Below, piece by piece: positions 1-12,910 of a DNA stretch of 64,000 nucleotides. The stretch is taken from positions 10,168,001 to 10,232,000 of the forward strand of contig NC_090366.1 of NCBI RefSeq assembly GCF_035084215.1, written 5' to 3'. Position numbers and translations under genes: made by a program. The first letter of the stretch is position 1, and the number at the start of each line of letters is the position of its first letter. The notes beneath the pieces are model-generated. The model had not been told where the DNA came from, ran no database searches, and worked only from the letters and a program-made list of their open reading frames with translations. Source of the DNA: Heptranchias perlo (taxonomy: Eukaryota).

Positions 1-239
1 ACTCCTGCTCCTATTTCTTATGTTCTTATGTAATAGCGAGGGTTTGGACTCTGATGTGAATCTTCATTTTTTATCTATTGCATTCTCTCCTGCGAAAGAA
101 AGTGGGGATTGGCATTGGCTGACTGGGGGCTGGACAGTGGACAAGTGTTTAAAAATGGCGAGATATGGAGCCAAATGGAGCAGAGGGGACATCAAATAAT
201 TGAAAGCAAAATGTTGTTTTCCAAATTCAGCCCTGGCAT

Positions 240-2375
240 TAAAACTTTTTTCTAAGAGGAATCAAAGATTGGCAGGCAAAACTGTAATTGAACAGTGGGC
301 GGCCTTTAAGAGGAAAATGTTTCAGGTACAGTCTAGACACACTCCCACGAGATAGGAAGGTCGGGCAACTAAAACCAGAGTTCCCTGGATGACAAAAGAG
401 ATAGAGAGCAAGATGAAACGGAAAAAAGGGGGCGTATGACAGATGTCAGGTTGATAACACAAGTGAGAACCAGGCAGAATGTAGAAAGTTCAGAGGGGAA
501 GTGAAAAAGGAAATAAGAGGGGCAAAGAGAGAGTATGAGAATAGACGAGCGGCCAATATAAAAGGGAATCCAAAAGTCTTCTACAGGCATGTAAACGGGT
601 AGTAAGAGGAGGGGTGGGGCCGATTAGGGACCATAAAGGAGATCTACTCATGGAGGCAGAGTGGTACTAAATTGCATCTGTCTTTACCAAGGAAGAAGAT
701 GCTGCCAGAGTCTCAGTAAAGGAAGATATAGTTGAGATACTGGATGAGCTAAAAATTGATAAAGAAGAGGTACTAGAAAGGCTGGTTGTACTTAAAGTAG
801 ATAAATCACCAGGTCCGGATGGGATGCATCCTAGGTTGCTGAGGGAAGTAAGGGTGGAAATTGCGGAGGTACTGGCCATAATCTTCCAAACATCTGTAGA
901 TACGGGAGTGGTGCCAGAGGACTGGAGAATTGAAAATGTTACACCCTTGTTCAAAAAAGGGTGTAAGGATAAACCCAGCAACTACAGACCAGTCAGTTTA
1001 ACCTTAGTGGTGGGGAAACTTTTAGAAACGATAATCCGAGACAGAATTAACAGTCACTTGGACGAGTGTGGATTGATTAGGGAAAGCCAGCACGGATTTG
1101 TTAAAGGCAAATCGTGTTTAACTAATCTGATAGTTTTTTTGATGAGGTAACAGAGAGGGTTGATGAGGGCAATGCGGTTGATGTGGTGTATATGGACTTT
1201 CAAAAGGCATTTGATAAAGTGCCGCATAATAGGCTTATCATCAAGATTGCAGCCCGTAGAATAAAGGGGGCAGAAGCAACATGGATACAGAATTGGCTAA
1301 GTGACAGGAAACAGAGAGTAGTGGTGAACGGTTGTTTTTCAGACTGGAGGGAGGTGTACAGTGGTGTTCCCCAGGGGTCGGTGCTGGGACCACTGCTTTT
1401 CTTGATATATATTAATGACTTGGACTTGGGTGTACAGGTCACAATTTCAAAATTTGCAGAAGACACAAAACTTGGAAGGGTAGTGAACACTGAGGAGGAT
1501 AGTGATAGACTTCAAGAGGATACAGACAGGCTGGTGGAATGGGCGGACATGTGGCAGATGAAATTTAACGCAGAAAAATGTGAAGTGTTACATTTTGGTT
1601 GGAAGAACGAGGAGAGACAATATAAACTAGAGGGCACAACTCTAAAAGGGGTGCAGGAACAGAGAGATCTGGGGTATTTGTGCACAAATCGCTGAAGGTG
1701 GCAGGGCAGGTTGAGAAAGTGGTTAAAAAAGCATACGGGATCCTGGGCTTTATAAATAGAGACATAGAGTACAAAAGTATGGAAGTCATGATGAACCTTT
1801 ATAAAACACTGGTTCGGCCACAACTGGAGCATTGTGTCCAGTTCTGGGCACCGCACTTTAGGAAAGATGTGAAGGCCTTAGAGAGGGTGCAGAAGAGATT
1901 TACTAGAATGATTCCAGGGATGAGAGACTTTAGTTACATGGATAGACTGGAGAAGCTGGGGTTGTTCTCCTTGGAACAGAGATGGTTGCGAGGAGATTTG
2001 ATCGAGGTGTTCAAAATCATGAGGGGTCTAGACAGAGTAGATAGAGAGAAACTGTTCCCATTGGCGGAAGGGTCAAGAACCAGAGGACATAGATTTAAGG
2101 TGATTGGCAAAAGAACCAAAGGTGACATGAGGAAAAACTATTTACACAGCGAATGGTTAGGATCTGGAATGCACTGCCCGAGGGGGTGGTGGAGGCAGAT
2201 TCAATCATGGCCTTCAAAAGGGAACTGGATAAGTACTTGAAAGGAAAAAATTTGCAGGGCTACAGGGAAAGGGCGGGGGAGTGGGACTGGCTGGATTGCT
2301 CTTGCATAGAGCTGGCACGGATTCAATGGTCTGAATGGCCTCCTTCCATGCTGTAACCTTTCTATGATTCAATGA
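240..2375 (+). mobile_element. CR1 LINE ORF2 (RT) remnant, frameshifted, with 3' tail
   Basis: [53 protein letters not shown] and WNALP spread over several frames. Ends in ttctatgatt-type repeats. Confidence 0.95.
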
Positions 2376-2717
2376 TTTCATAATCACACAAAAGCCCAGT
2401 GACCCACCTTGAGATTGAGTGGAAGGTTGAGAATTGGGTTGAGAATCCACCCATGGTTACCTTTATATGGCAAAAGGTGACCAATTTATGATATCAACAA
2501 CAAACTATTTGCTAAGTGACTGTTGCATAGTTTCATCTTGCTTGTGCAACAGTGATTTATGCAATCATAATGCTATGTTTTCTGGCTCCAACTCCTCTCT
2601 AGACATCAGGCAGAATTACTTCAGTGGGGCGAGAGAGGAGCTGAAACATCTCCAGATCGAAGAGCTGTCTCCTGGTTCTACTTTAGCGGGGTTTTAAGGG
2701 GACCCCTGACCTCCGCA

Positions 2718-2769
2718 ATGCTACGCAGACGATGTCAATTGGCGACGGACATTGTGTTCATGTTAGCAG
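2718..2769 (+). CDS. Gene A exon 1 (signal peptide, MLRRRCQLATDIVFMLA-G)
   Basis: ATG at 2718, basic N-terminus then hydrophobic IVFMLA. Phase-1 donor G|gtaaat at 2769/2770 matches the phase-1 start of the V exon (joined: ...MLAGMVGC-IQV). Confidence 0.6.
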
Positions 2770-3229
2770 GTAAATTCTTGGACTCGGATTCGACAGCTTC
2801 TTGGGAGAGAACAGAGTTTCGAAACCTGCTCACACTCTCGCTAGTGATCTGTCAGCTCGACCCGAGCTACAAGGTTTCATGTCTTGCTTTCCCTTTCACT
2901 TTATTTCATCGATAACTTTACTTCCGTGGAATTTGTGCTCGTTTGGGTGAGGGATGTTTTGCGCTGGGAGGATGCACCTGGCAGTGGGATTCGAATCAGG
3001 CTTCTCCACACAGGGGGGACGAAACCTTGTCAATTTTATCCCGTCGGAGGGTACAATAATGTTTCTTTGCAGGCATAAACGAAAGACGTTTGGTACCCTA
3101 ATGTCACAGATGCTGACAGACTCTCATGGACTGTGTGATCTGATTGAGTGGTGGGATAGGCTCGAGGGGCTGAATGGCCGACTCCCCTTTCTATTTTCCT
3201 TACAGCCACAAGAGACAGGTTGGTACCCT

Positions 3230-3690
3230 TTCATCCATTTGTGCTCGCTGACCTACATTGGCTCCCGGTCCAGCAATGCCTCGATTTTAAAATTCTCATC
3301 CTTGTTTTCAAATCCCTCCATTGGCCCTCGCCCCCCCTCCCTATCTCTGTGACCTCCTCCAGCCCCCACAACGCTCCGAGATCTCTGCGCTCCTCCAATT
3401 CTGGCCTCCTGCGCATCCCCCGATTTCCATCGCTCCACCATTGGCGGCCGTGCCTTCAGCTGCCTGGGCCCTAAGCTCTGGAATTCCCTCCCTAAACCTC
3501 TCCGTCTCTCTCTCTCCTCCTTTAAGACGCTCCTTAAAACCTACCTCTTTGACCAAGCTTTTGGTCACCTGTCCTAATATCTCCTTATGTGGCTCGGTGT
3601 CAAATTTTGTCTGATAATCGCTCCTGTGAAGCACCTTGGGACGTTTTACTACGTTAAAGGTGCTATATAAATGCAAGTTGTTTTTATTTA
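3230..3690 (+). mobile_element. L2 LINE 3' end
   Basis: LADLHWLPV..FKILILVFKSL..APPYL..RSLRSS..WNSLP, tail gctatataaatgcaagttg. Confidence 0.85.
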
Positions 3691-3797
3691 CCAAATCAAA
3701 GACGGATGTCGTAGGAGCTACTTACCCCTTGAGTACAGTAACGGGAGGTCATGATTCTGTCACAGAAGGATCAGGAAGACTTAATTATCTAATGCTT

Positions 3798-4240
3798 TTC
3801 ATGATCTCAGGACGTCCCAAAGTGCTTTACAGCCAATGAAGTACTTTTGAAGTGCGTTCACTGTTGTAATGTAGGGAACGTGGCAGCCAATTTTCGCACA
3901 GCAAGATCCCACAAACAGCAATGTGATAATGAGCAGATAATCTGTTTTAGTGGTGTTGGTTGAGGGATAAATGTTGGCCAAGACACCGAGGGAGAACTCC
4001 CCGCTGCTCTTCTTCAAAATAGCGACCATGGCATCTTTCACATCCATCTGAGAGGGGCAGACGGGGCCTCGGTTTAACGTCTCATCCGAAAGACGGCACC
4101 TCCGACAGCGCAGCACTCCCCCAGTACTGGCACTGGGAGTGTCGGCCTGGATTCTGGGCTCAAGTCTCTGGAGTGGGGGCTCGAACCCACAAACTTGTAA
4201 CGTCAAAGAGGTGAGAGGGCTACCCTCTGAGACACGGCTA
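3798..4240 (-). mobile_element. tRNA-headed Deu-domain SINE (SacSINE1-like)
   Basis: Reverse complement carries B box gttcgagccc and the Deu core ggaggtgccgtctttcggatgagacgttaaaccgagg. Confidence 0.8.
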
Positions 4241-4394
4241 ATGCAGGTCTAGTGCTCAGATCCAGGGCAAGTTGTGAAGATGAATTCAGTTAACATCTGG
4301 TGTGATTTCCGGTTCGGCAATGGGGAAAAATGTGACCACGGAAGGTTCCGGATGGCTGTAAAAAAAAAACGATCATTGATATCTTTTGCAGGAA

Positions 4395-4800
4395 TTTCAT
4401 AGAAGAATTGATAGATTTGATAGAATTGTTTGAAATCATGACGGGTTTAGATAAAGTAAATAAAGAGAAACTGCTCCCATTGGCGGAAGGGTCGCGAACC
4501 AGAGGACGCAGATTTAAGGTGATTGGCTAAAGAACCAAAGGCGACATGAGGAAAAACTTTTTTACGCAGCGAGTTGTTATGATCTGGAATGCGCTGCCTG
4601 AAAGGGCGGTGGAAGCAGATTCAATCGCGGCTTGCAGAAAGGAATTGGATAAATAATTGAAGGGAAAAAATTTGCGGGGCTACGGGGAACGAGCGGGGGG
4701 TGTGTGGGACTAACTGGATTGCTCTTACAAAGAGCCGGCACGGGCTCGATGGGCCGAATGGCCTGTTTCTCTGCTGTGACGATTCCGTGATTCTATTCTA
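4395..4800 (+). mobile_element. CR1 LINE 3' fragment
   Basis: Same subfamily 3' end as 2000-2375 (gggccgaatggcct hairpin, ttctattct tail). Confidence 0.9.
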
Positions 4801-4807
4801 AGATGAT

Positions 4808-5560
4808 GGCGGCAATTTTAAGTTTTGTTGCCGAGCGGTATAACGGGTGGCAGCGAATCAGCTGCTCGTTTTACACCTTGGTCAATGGATGGGGAAAAGC
4901 AGGAGGCCAATTCGCTGTCACCTATTAATCTGCCCGGCGATACAACTCCCCCCCACCACCCCGCCGACCCCCCGCTGTGTCGCTGTCGGACTGGCACAGG
5001 GAAGGGAGACTGTGCCCCTCACCCAGTGTGGCCTGGGGGCAGGGAGGGGGCAAAATTCAACTTGGACAAGGGTGTAAAATGGGCAGTAGCGATAGCCCTC
5101 CCTCCATTATACACCCGTGAGAATGAGAATTGGGTGGGGGGTTTGGTGGGGGTGGAGGAGAGGGGAATGCGCGGGGGTGGCGAGGAGGTGGGAGTGGGGG
5201 TATGGTTGTTGGGGAGATGGGGTGGAGGGGAATGGGTGGGGGTGGTGAGGGGGTGGGCGTTGGTGGGAATGAGGTGGAGGGAGATGCGCGGCGGTGGTGA
5301 GGGGTTGGGTATGGTGGGGGTAGAGGGGTAATCTCCTACTGCCCATATTGTGCCCCCATCGAATCTGAATTTAACCCCCCCCCCTCCGACTCCCAACTCC
5401 ACACCACGTGGGTGACACTTAGGGGGTGAAATTCGACTGGGGCGGCATCGCAAAAAGGGCGGTAGCCAATCGGCCTTCAAATTTACACCGGTCCAATTCA
5501 AGTTAACAGAAGGGAATATTTGGCGGAGTGCAAAACAAGAGGCCGATTGGCAGTCACCCA
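4808..5560. repeat. Degenerate MITE-like (Harbinger-type) termini with an internal G-rich low-complexity tract (5130-5330)
   Basis: gggg..aaattc / gaattt..cccc motifs recur at 5048, 5367-5380, 5422 and 30660. Confidence 0.4.
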
Positions 5561-5727
5561 TTTTACATGGCATCCAAAGACCAAGTTCACCCCCTTTAAT
5601 GCCCTCAGGATGACCAGGAATGGGCGTTAATGCTGAATTACTGCACACCTCAAAAAAAATTTTTTTTTAAATAAAAAGACTGAAACAACCCTCGTTAACA
5701 ATACCAATTGTTTCATTTCCCCTCCAG

Positions 5728-6072
5728 GTATGGTGGGATGCATACAGGTAGAATTAAGAGACAATCAGGTCCACGGATTAATCGGACGCTCGCTCCATCT
5801 AGATGCTCGGTACATCATGGGGACCTGGCATGACATCCACAGTGTGACCTGGAAGGTGCAGAGAGCTAGCTCGCTCAGGATATTCCAGTACGTGATGGAG
5901 ACCAGCAAAATGTACCTGTCCCCGGCCTACAAGGGAAGGGTTCAGTTCCACAGGGAAAACGGATCCTTGACCCTTTACAGTTTCAAAGCCCAGGATGAGG
6001 GGATGTACCGCATCATCGTGACCGACAATGAGGGCTCTGAACATTCAGCGTCCATCCAGGTGCTGGTGTATG
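5728..6072 (+). CDS. Gene A exon 2, Ig V-set domain lacking the B-F disulfide
   Basis: Acceptor tttcccctccag|, donor G|gtgagt. Encodes VHGLIGRSLHL..VTW..YKGRVQF..NGSLTL..DEGMY..IQVLVY (V-set R..L..D.G.Y motif). Confidence 0.92.
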
Positions 6073-6559
6073 GTGAGTTGGGATCTTGCTGTGCCTTTAT
6101 CTCCGCCCCTCAGACAGTCTGCTCCCTGCTCTGTATAAATATTGCTCTCACTGTGTGTTTCTATCGGACTCTCACACAGCCTGTGCCCAGTTCTTTCTAA
6201 TATTCTCGGACTGTGTCCTGCAACCTTAACCTCTCGCCAGCTACCAGTATCGCCCTGTGCCTGTCATTCGTCCATTGAACTGCCCAAATCGCATTTAAAG
6301 GACGAACTCAGTAACTGAGACTGGTCGCCATCTAGCGGTTGCATCTTGAGCTGCAGTTTTTCTGTATATGGTGCAATTGTGCATATTTATGCCAGCAAGT
6401 ACTGATATCCTTTGGGGTTGCTATGCATGAGGGCAGTTGGGATTTCTCGTGGTTTTGCTGCTGCATTCGGGAGTCATACTGCAGCTCGTGCAATGTCAAA
6501 GTGTCTGTTTGGGTCTCGCACAAGTTGGCATCGAGCATCTGAACGCCCTGCCATCTTAA

Positions 6560-7060
6560 AACTACTTTCATTTATATAGCGCTTTTAACGTAGTAAAACA
6601 TCCCAAGGCGCGTCCCAGGAGCGATTATCAGACAGAATGCGACACCGAACCACATAAGGAGATATTAGGACAGGTGACCAAAAGCTTGGTCAAAGAGGTA
6701 GGTTTTAAGGAGAGTCTTGAAGGAGGAGAGAGAGGTGGAGTGGGGAGAGGTTTCGGGAGGGAATTCCAGAGCTTAGGGCCCAGGCAGCTGAAGGCACGGC
6801 CGCCAATGGTGGAGCGATGGAAATCGGGGGATGGGCCAGAATTGGAGGAGCGCAGAGATCTCGGAGGGTTGGAGGAGGTTACAGAGATAGGGAGGTGGGC
6901 GAGGGCCTTGGAGGGATTTGAACACGAGGATGCGAATTTTAAAATCGAGGCATTGCCGGACCGGGAGCCAATGTAGGTCAGCGAGCACAGCGGGGTGATG
7001 GGTGAACGGGACTCGGTGCGAGTTAGGATACGGGGGGGCCGCAGAGCTTTGGATGAGGTA
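6560..7060 (-). mobile_element. L2 LINE 3' end
   Basis: Reverse complement of the 3230-3690 family (LADLHWLPV). Confidence 0.85.
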
Positions 7061-7170
7061 ATTTAATGGAGGGTGGATGATTGTAGGCCGGCCAGGAGAG
7101 CATTCTAGCTTCACCCTGTTATCGCAATGGACAGTAACAGCTGTAAATTTTCTTCCTCCTTATACGGCAG

Positions 7171-7428
7171 AGCAGGTTTCGAGGCCTGTCATTGCAACAT
7201 TTCAAACGTCCACCAACATGATTCTGTCGTGCTTGGCAAGAAATGGGACTGAGCAGAGTTATCGCTGGTTCAAGGACGGTGAGAGGCTGCCCGAAAAAGA
7301 TCAGTCTGCAGTGTCAGAGGACGGCCGCAATCTTACTCTCTTGTCACTGGGGACGGCATTTTGCGGAGTTTACACCTGTTTGGTGAGAAACCAGCTCAGT
7401 GCTGAATCAGTGAACCGATCTATAACAG
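7171..7428 (+). CDS. Gene A exon 3, Ig C2-set domain
   Basis: Acceptor cttcctccttatacggcag|, donor G|gtgggg. Encodes EQVSRPVI..ILSC..NGT..YRWFKDG..LTL..CGVYTCLVRNQLS. Confidence 0.92.
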
Positions 7429-7674
7429 GTGGGGAGCGTTTTTTTTCACAATGTTATTTATCGTGACTGAAAAAAGATTTTTAACAATGTTTTACGTCGT
7501 TATAGACTGGGAGGTCTCAGCGGACATCTTTCTGAGTTATCGATCGAGAGGATTTAAAACCGGGTTGTCGAATTACTGAAGTGGCCGCAGATAGAAAATA
7601 TACATGAGGCGAAAATTGAGTTTTGAGGCTTCCTCAGGGAACGTTATCTGGTGATCAAACGATTGAGGGCCATT

Positions 7675-8065
7675 GTCAGCTGCGGCATTCTGATGTTAGA
7701 CAGTTTGTGTGTTTAAATCCCACTCCCGAGGCTTGAGCACAATAAAGCTGGGTTGTCACTCCCAGTGCAGTACTGAGGGAGTGCTGCACTGTTGGGGAGG
7801 TGATGTCTTTTGGATGAGACATTAAACCGAGGCCCTGTCTGCCCTCTCGGGTGGATGTAGACGATCCCATGGCGCTATTTGAAGAAGAGCAGGGGGAGTT
7901 GTCCTGGTCAATATTAATCCTTCAACCAATATCATTAAAAACAGATCATTTGGTGGGATCTTGCTCTGCGCAAGAGTTACAACCTTGACTACTTCATTGG
8001 CTGCAAAGCACTTTGGGACATCCTGAGGCCTTGAAAGGCACTATAAAAATGCAAGTTCTTTCTTT
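7675..8065 (+). mobile_element. Deu-domain SINE, diverged copy
   Basis: Deu core plus tail ggcactataaaaatgcaagttc. Confidence 0.75.
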
Positions 8066-8189
8066 TAAATTGCAGGCCTCCAAACACAGATGGATTACAA
8101 ATCCCTAAACCCTTGTCACTATAACTCCAAATGCAGGCCCTCAGATGTCATGAACTGGATTATAATTGTTAACAAAAATGACACATGCC

Positions 8190-8515
8190 CGAGAAGGGGT
8201 ACAGTGCAGTTTCACCAGCATCCAGGATGACACCGGGGCTGAAAGGGTTAAATTATGAGGACAGGATTCATAAACTCGGCTTGTAGTCCCTTGGGTATGG
8301 AAGGTTGAGGTGTGATCTGATCAAGGTGATTAAAATTATTTGATACAGAGAAACTATTTCCTCTGGTGGGGGGAGTCCAGAACGAGGGGGCAGAACATTA
8401 AAATTTAGAGCCAGGCCGTCCAGGAGGGAAATCAAAGGGGAGTGGAAATCTGGAACTTGCTCCCCCCAAAAAGTTGCTGAAGCTGGGGGTCAATTGGAGC
8501 TTTGAAGACCAAGAT
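8190..8515 (+). mobile_element. Old CR1 3' fragment
   Basis: Degenerate match to the other CR1 3' coding ends in the window. Confidence 0.7.
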
Positions 8516-8521
8516 CCATAA

Positions 8522-9000
8522 TCAACTTGCATTTATATAGCGCCTTTAACGTAGTAAAACGTCCCAAGGCGCGTCCCAGGAGCGATTATCAGACAAAATT
8601 TGACACCGGGCAACACAAGGAGATATTAGGACAGGTGACCAAAAGCTCGGTCAAAGAGGTAGGTTTTAAGGTGCGTCTTGAAGGAGGAGAGAGAGGAGGA
8701 GAGGTTTAGGGAGGGAATTCCAGAGCTTAGGGCCTAGACGGCTGAAGGCACGGCCGCCAATGGTGGTGTGAAGGAAGCACCCGACCATTGGCTGCCATGA
8801 AGGGTGAGGGGCGCACAAGAAACCAGAACTGGAGGAGCGCAGAGATCTCGGAGGGTTGTAGGGCTGAAGGAGGTTACAGAGATAGGGAGGGGGGAGGCCC
8901 CTGGAGGGATTTAAAATCGAGGCTTTGCCGGACCGGGAGCCAATGTAGGTCAGCCAGCAACAGCGGTGACGGGTAAACGAGTTAGGTGCGAGTTAGGAGA
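8522..9000 (-). mobile_element. L2 LINE 3' end
   Basis: Matches 6560-7060. Confidence 0.8.
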
Positions 9001-9689
9001 GATTTTTGTTAGGTAAAGTTATCAAGGGATATGGAGCAAAGACGGGAAAATGGAGTTGAGATTAGCCATGGTCTAGTTGAATAGCGGAACAGGCTCGAGG
9101 GGCTGAATGGCCTCCTCCTGGTCCTATGTCAGAAACTGAATATTAATGCAGCCTGACTGGTCGTTTCCTGATCCCTGTGAATCTCGGTGGAATTTCTCAT
9201 TTTTGTCACTTCTTTAAATGTCATCAGATAAAACGTTGAGTTTTATTTTCCTTTCAAATCGTCCTGATTGGGTAAATTCTTGAAGGGGAAACATTTTCAG
9301 GTCTGCGGGGAAAGAGCAGGGGAGTGGGACTGAGTGGGTAGCTCTTTCAAGGAGCCAGCACTGGCATGATGGGCCGAATGGCCTCCTTCTGTGCTGTCAG
9401 ATTCTACGGCTCCATGATTGGAGACCTGAGCATCACAGAGGAGCCTGACTCTGTACTCGCCCAATGCCCACTCTTCACGGCTGGGGTCCTGAATCATCCC
9501 CTCCTTTGCTCAGTGGAGCACTCCTTCCCAAGCCCTCACCCCAAACCTTCTGCACTGTATGGTTCAGTCCCATCCAAGTGGACTTTAGTCGATGAACAAA
9601 AACGGGGGAGCAGTGGGGGGGGTTAGGGGAATGGAGGACTCAACTTCTGGGTCTGTTGTAAGACAGAAAGACGGGTTAACAAAGTCAGA

Positions 9690-10335
9690 AAAATGCAAAC
9701 AAAGTACTGGGGTTCAGTTCCAGAGGAACAGAATCGAAAACCAGAGAAGTTATGTTAAACTTGTATCGAACCTTGGTTAGACCGCACTTGGAGCACTGTG
9801 AACAGTTCTGGTCTCCGTATTATAAAAGGGATATAGAGGCACTGGAGAAGGTGCAAGAACGATTTACGAGGACGATACCAGGACTGAGAGGTTATAACTA
9901 CCAGGAAAGATTGAACAGGCTGGGGCTCTTTTCTCTAGAAAAGAGAAGACTGAGGGGTGACCTGATAGAGGTTTTTAAAATTATGAAGGGGTTCGATAGG
10001 GTAGACGTAGAGAAGATGTTTCCACTTGTGGGGGAGACCAGAACTAGGGGGCCATAAATATAAGATAGTCACTAATAAATCCAATCGGGAATTCAGGAGA
10101 AACTTCTTTACCCAGAGAGTGGTGAGAATGTGGAACTCGCTCCCACAAGGAGTAGTTGAGACGATTAGCATCGATGTATTTAAGGGGAAGCTGGATAAAC
10201 ACATGAGGGAGAAAGGAATAGAAGGTTTTGTTGACAGGGTGAGATGAAGTAGGGAGGAGGCTCGTGTGGAGCATAAAGACCGGCCATGGACCAGATGGGC
10301 CGAATGGCTTGTTTTTGTGCTGTAAATTCTATGAA
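9690..10335 (+). mobile_element. CR1 LINE 3' fragment
   Basis: LYRTLVRPHLEHCEQFWSP..RRLRGDLIEVFK..WNSLP. Confidence 0.92.
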
Positions 10336-10829
10336 GTGAAAGGTTCAACCCTTTACATTGGCCTCATCAGCTCTTAAATAATGTAATCCAGTCACTCACA
10401 TTGGGGGTTGTCACATCTTCTACCCCCCCGACCTCATTCTTTACCAGGATTTTAACACTGTCGATCTCTTCCCCTTCCTCAGTCTTCCCCTCCTCCGAAA
10501 AACGAAGGGTTTGTAAACCCAAGCTTGTGCTCATCCAATCATCAATTCTTCATTTACCTCTCGTGCTGATGGCCCCCGCCTCACATACATTCCTCAATAA
10601 TGTTCGAAACGCACAACCAATTGACAATTTAAACCAATTCCCACTGATGAAGGTGATTAACTTATTTTGTTTATTTCTGATCATTTCTTTTTTGTTCCGT
10701 GTTTCTGCGTTGAGATGTTTCGAGAAATGGTTACAAAGTATTACATAGAATGTACAGCAGAGAAGCAGGCCATTCGGCCCTGTTGGTCCATGCTGGTTTT
10801 TATGCTCCACACGAGCCTCCTCCCTCCCT

Positions 10830-11155
10830 CCAACAACAACTGCAACTTGCATTTATATAGTGCCTTTAACCTCCCAAGGCGCTTCACAGGAGCGATTATC
10901 AAACAAAATTTGACACCGAGCCACATAAGGAGATATTAGGACAGGTGACCAAAAAGCTTGGTCAAAGAGGTAGGCTTTAAGGAGCATCTTAGAGGAGAGA
11001 GAGGCGGAGAGGTTTAGGGAGGGAATTCCAGAGCTTAGGGCCTAGGCGGCTGAAGGCACGGCCGCCAATGGTGGAGCGATTAAAATCGGGGATGCGCAAG
11101 AGGCCAGAATTGCAGGAACGCAGGGATCTCAGAGGGTCGTAGGGGCTGGAGGAGG
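10830..11155 (-). mobile_element. L2 3' end nested in a minus-strand CR1 3' end (10742-11360)
   Basis: L2 sequence interrupts a CR1 tail that resumes at about 11158. Confidence 0.75.
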
Positions 11156-11405
11156 ATACCCTATCTGCATATCCTTCTATTCTTTTCCCCCTCATGTGTT
11201 TATCTAGCTTCCCATTGCATGCTATTCGCCTCAACCACTCCATGTGCTAGCGAGTTCCACATTCTCACCATTCTCTGGGTGAAGAAATTTCTCCTGAATT
11301 CCCTATTGGATTTGTTTAGTGACTATCTTATATTTATGGCCGCTAGTTTTGGACTCCCATTCAGAGCATGAACTTCTAAAGGTGCGTCTACTCTTATCGT
11401 TTCAG

Positions 11406-11527
11406 AGTACGATGGGGTCCTTGCTTGCAGAGAGCCACCCAAAGCACTGGGAAAAAACCTTCACATATCCCTTATTGCAGTTGGGATTATTGTTGCCTTG
11501 TTGCTCGCCATCTGTATTTATGTGAAG
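11406..11527 (+). CDS. Gene A exon 4, stalk + transmembrane (EYDGVLACREPPKALGKNLHISLIAVGIIVALLLAICIYVK)
   Basis: Not in the ORF track in this frame. Acceptor ctcttatcgtttcag|, donor AAG|gtgagt, phase 1 in, about 20-aa hydrophobic helix. Confidence 0.88.
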
Positions 11528-11724
11528 GTGAGTATTGACACACAGAACTTTGCACATAGAAAAATTATAATCTTTGTAAAGATGAGATAACTCAGAGATC
11601 TGGGAATCTCTGAGACAATCAATGTCTTATTAATAGAAGCTAACCTGTCCCCATGTGCATCACTTGGTAAACCTGCTGCCCAGGGGAGTACTGAGACATA
11701 CAGACCTCAAGATCAATTGTATGC

Positions 11725-12180
11725 CCTGACTCAGTGGGCAACACTCACGAGTCAGAAGGTCGTGGGTTCGAGCCCCACACCAGAGACTTGAGCCCATAAT
11801 CCAGGCCGACACTCCCCAGTGCCAGTACTGAGGGAGTGCTGCGCTGTCGGAGGTGCCGTCTTTCAGATGAGACGTTAAACCGAGGCCCCGTCTGCCCCTC
11901 TCAGTTGGACGTAAATGATCCCGTGGCCACTATTTCGTAGAAGAGCAGGGGGAGTTCTCCCTGGTGTCCTGGGGCCAATAATTATCCCTCAACCAACATC
12001 ACTGAAACAGGTTATTTATCTGATTGCTGTTTGTGGGATCTTGCTGTGCGCAAATTGGCAGTCATGCGTTCCCCACATTACAACAGTGACCACACTTCAA
12101 AAAGTACTTCATTGGCTGGAAAGTGCTTTGGGACGCCCTGAGGTCATGAAAGGCGCTATATAAATGCAAGTTCTTTCTAT
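11725..12180 (+). mobile_element. Deu-domain SINE, near full length
   Basis: A/B box-like tgactcagtgg..ggttcgagccc, Deu core, tail ggcgctatataaatgcaagttc. Confidence 0.85.
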
Positions 12181-12379
12181 AATTCCCACAAAGTAGCTCA
12201 TCTCAGCCAGAATGGTAGTGGAGTTATCACTCCCAACATCTGGGCTAATAATGGTAAAATTGGCCAAGATTTCCACTCCTGACCCACATCCAGTGACTCC
12301 TGATGCGTGAACATAGAATGTGAATAGGATCGGGATCAGTGCTGATTCTCCTCATCCAGCAATAGTCTGGGAACACTCA

Positions 12380-12910
12380 CCATCGTTCCTTTGGGGAAGG
12401 AAACCTGCCGTCCTTACCCGGTCTGGGCCTACATGTGACTCCAGCCCCCACACCAACGTGGTTGACTCCGAACTGCCCTCTGAAGACCTAGCACGCCACT
12501 ACTTGGATGAAACAAACCACAGCCAGCAGTTCAAGAAGGAGGCCCACCATAAGACCATAAGAGATAGGAGCAGGAGTAGGCCATTCGGCCCCTCGAGCCT
12601 GCTCCGCCACTTAATGAGATCATGGCTGATCTCATTTTTACCTCAACTCCACTTTCCCGCCCTTTCCCCATATCCTTTGACTCCCTCGCTGATCAAAAAT
12701 CTGTCTAACTCAGCCTTGAATGTATGCAATGACTCGGCCTCCACAGCTTTTTGGGATAATGAATTCCAAAGATTCACGACCCTCTGGGAGAAAAATTTCC
12801 TCCTCATTTCCGTCTTAAACGGGCGACCCCTTATTCTGAGACCTTCTCAGGGCAATGAGAGATGGGCAATAAATGGTGGCCTTGCCAGTGAAGCCCACAT
12901 AAAAAAAAAT
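12380..12910 (+). mobile_element. Zenon-tailed SINE 3' part interrupted by a minus-strand CR1 fragment (about 12550-12841)
   Basis: Matches the 54611-55012 family on both sides of the CR1 piece and ends in an A-run. Confidence 0.7.

Noticed and set aside
11725-11790. tRNA genes (also 50330-50400 and 54930-55012)
   Set aside because: The A/B boxes are SINE heads continuous with SINE bodies, with no complete cloverleaf.
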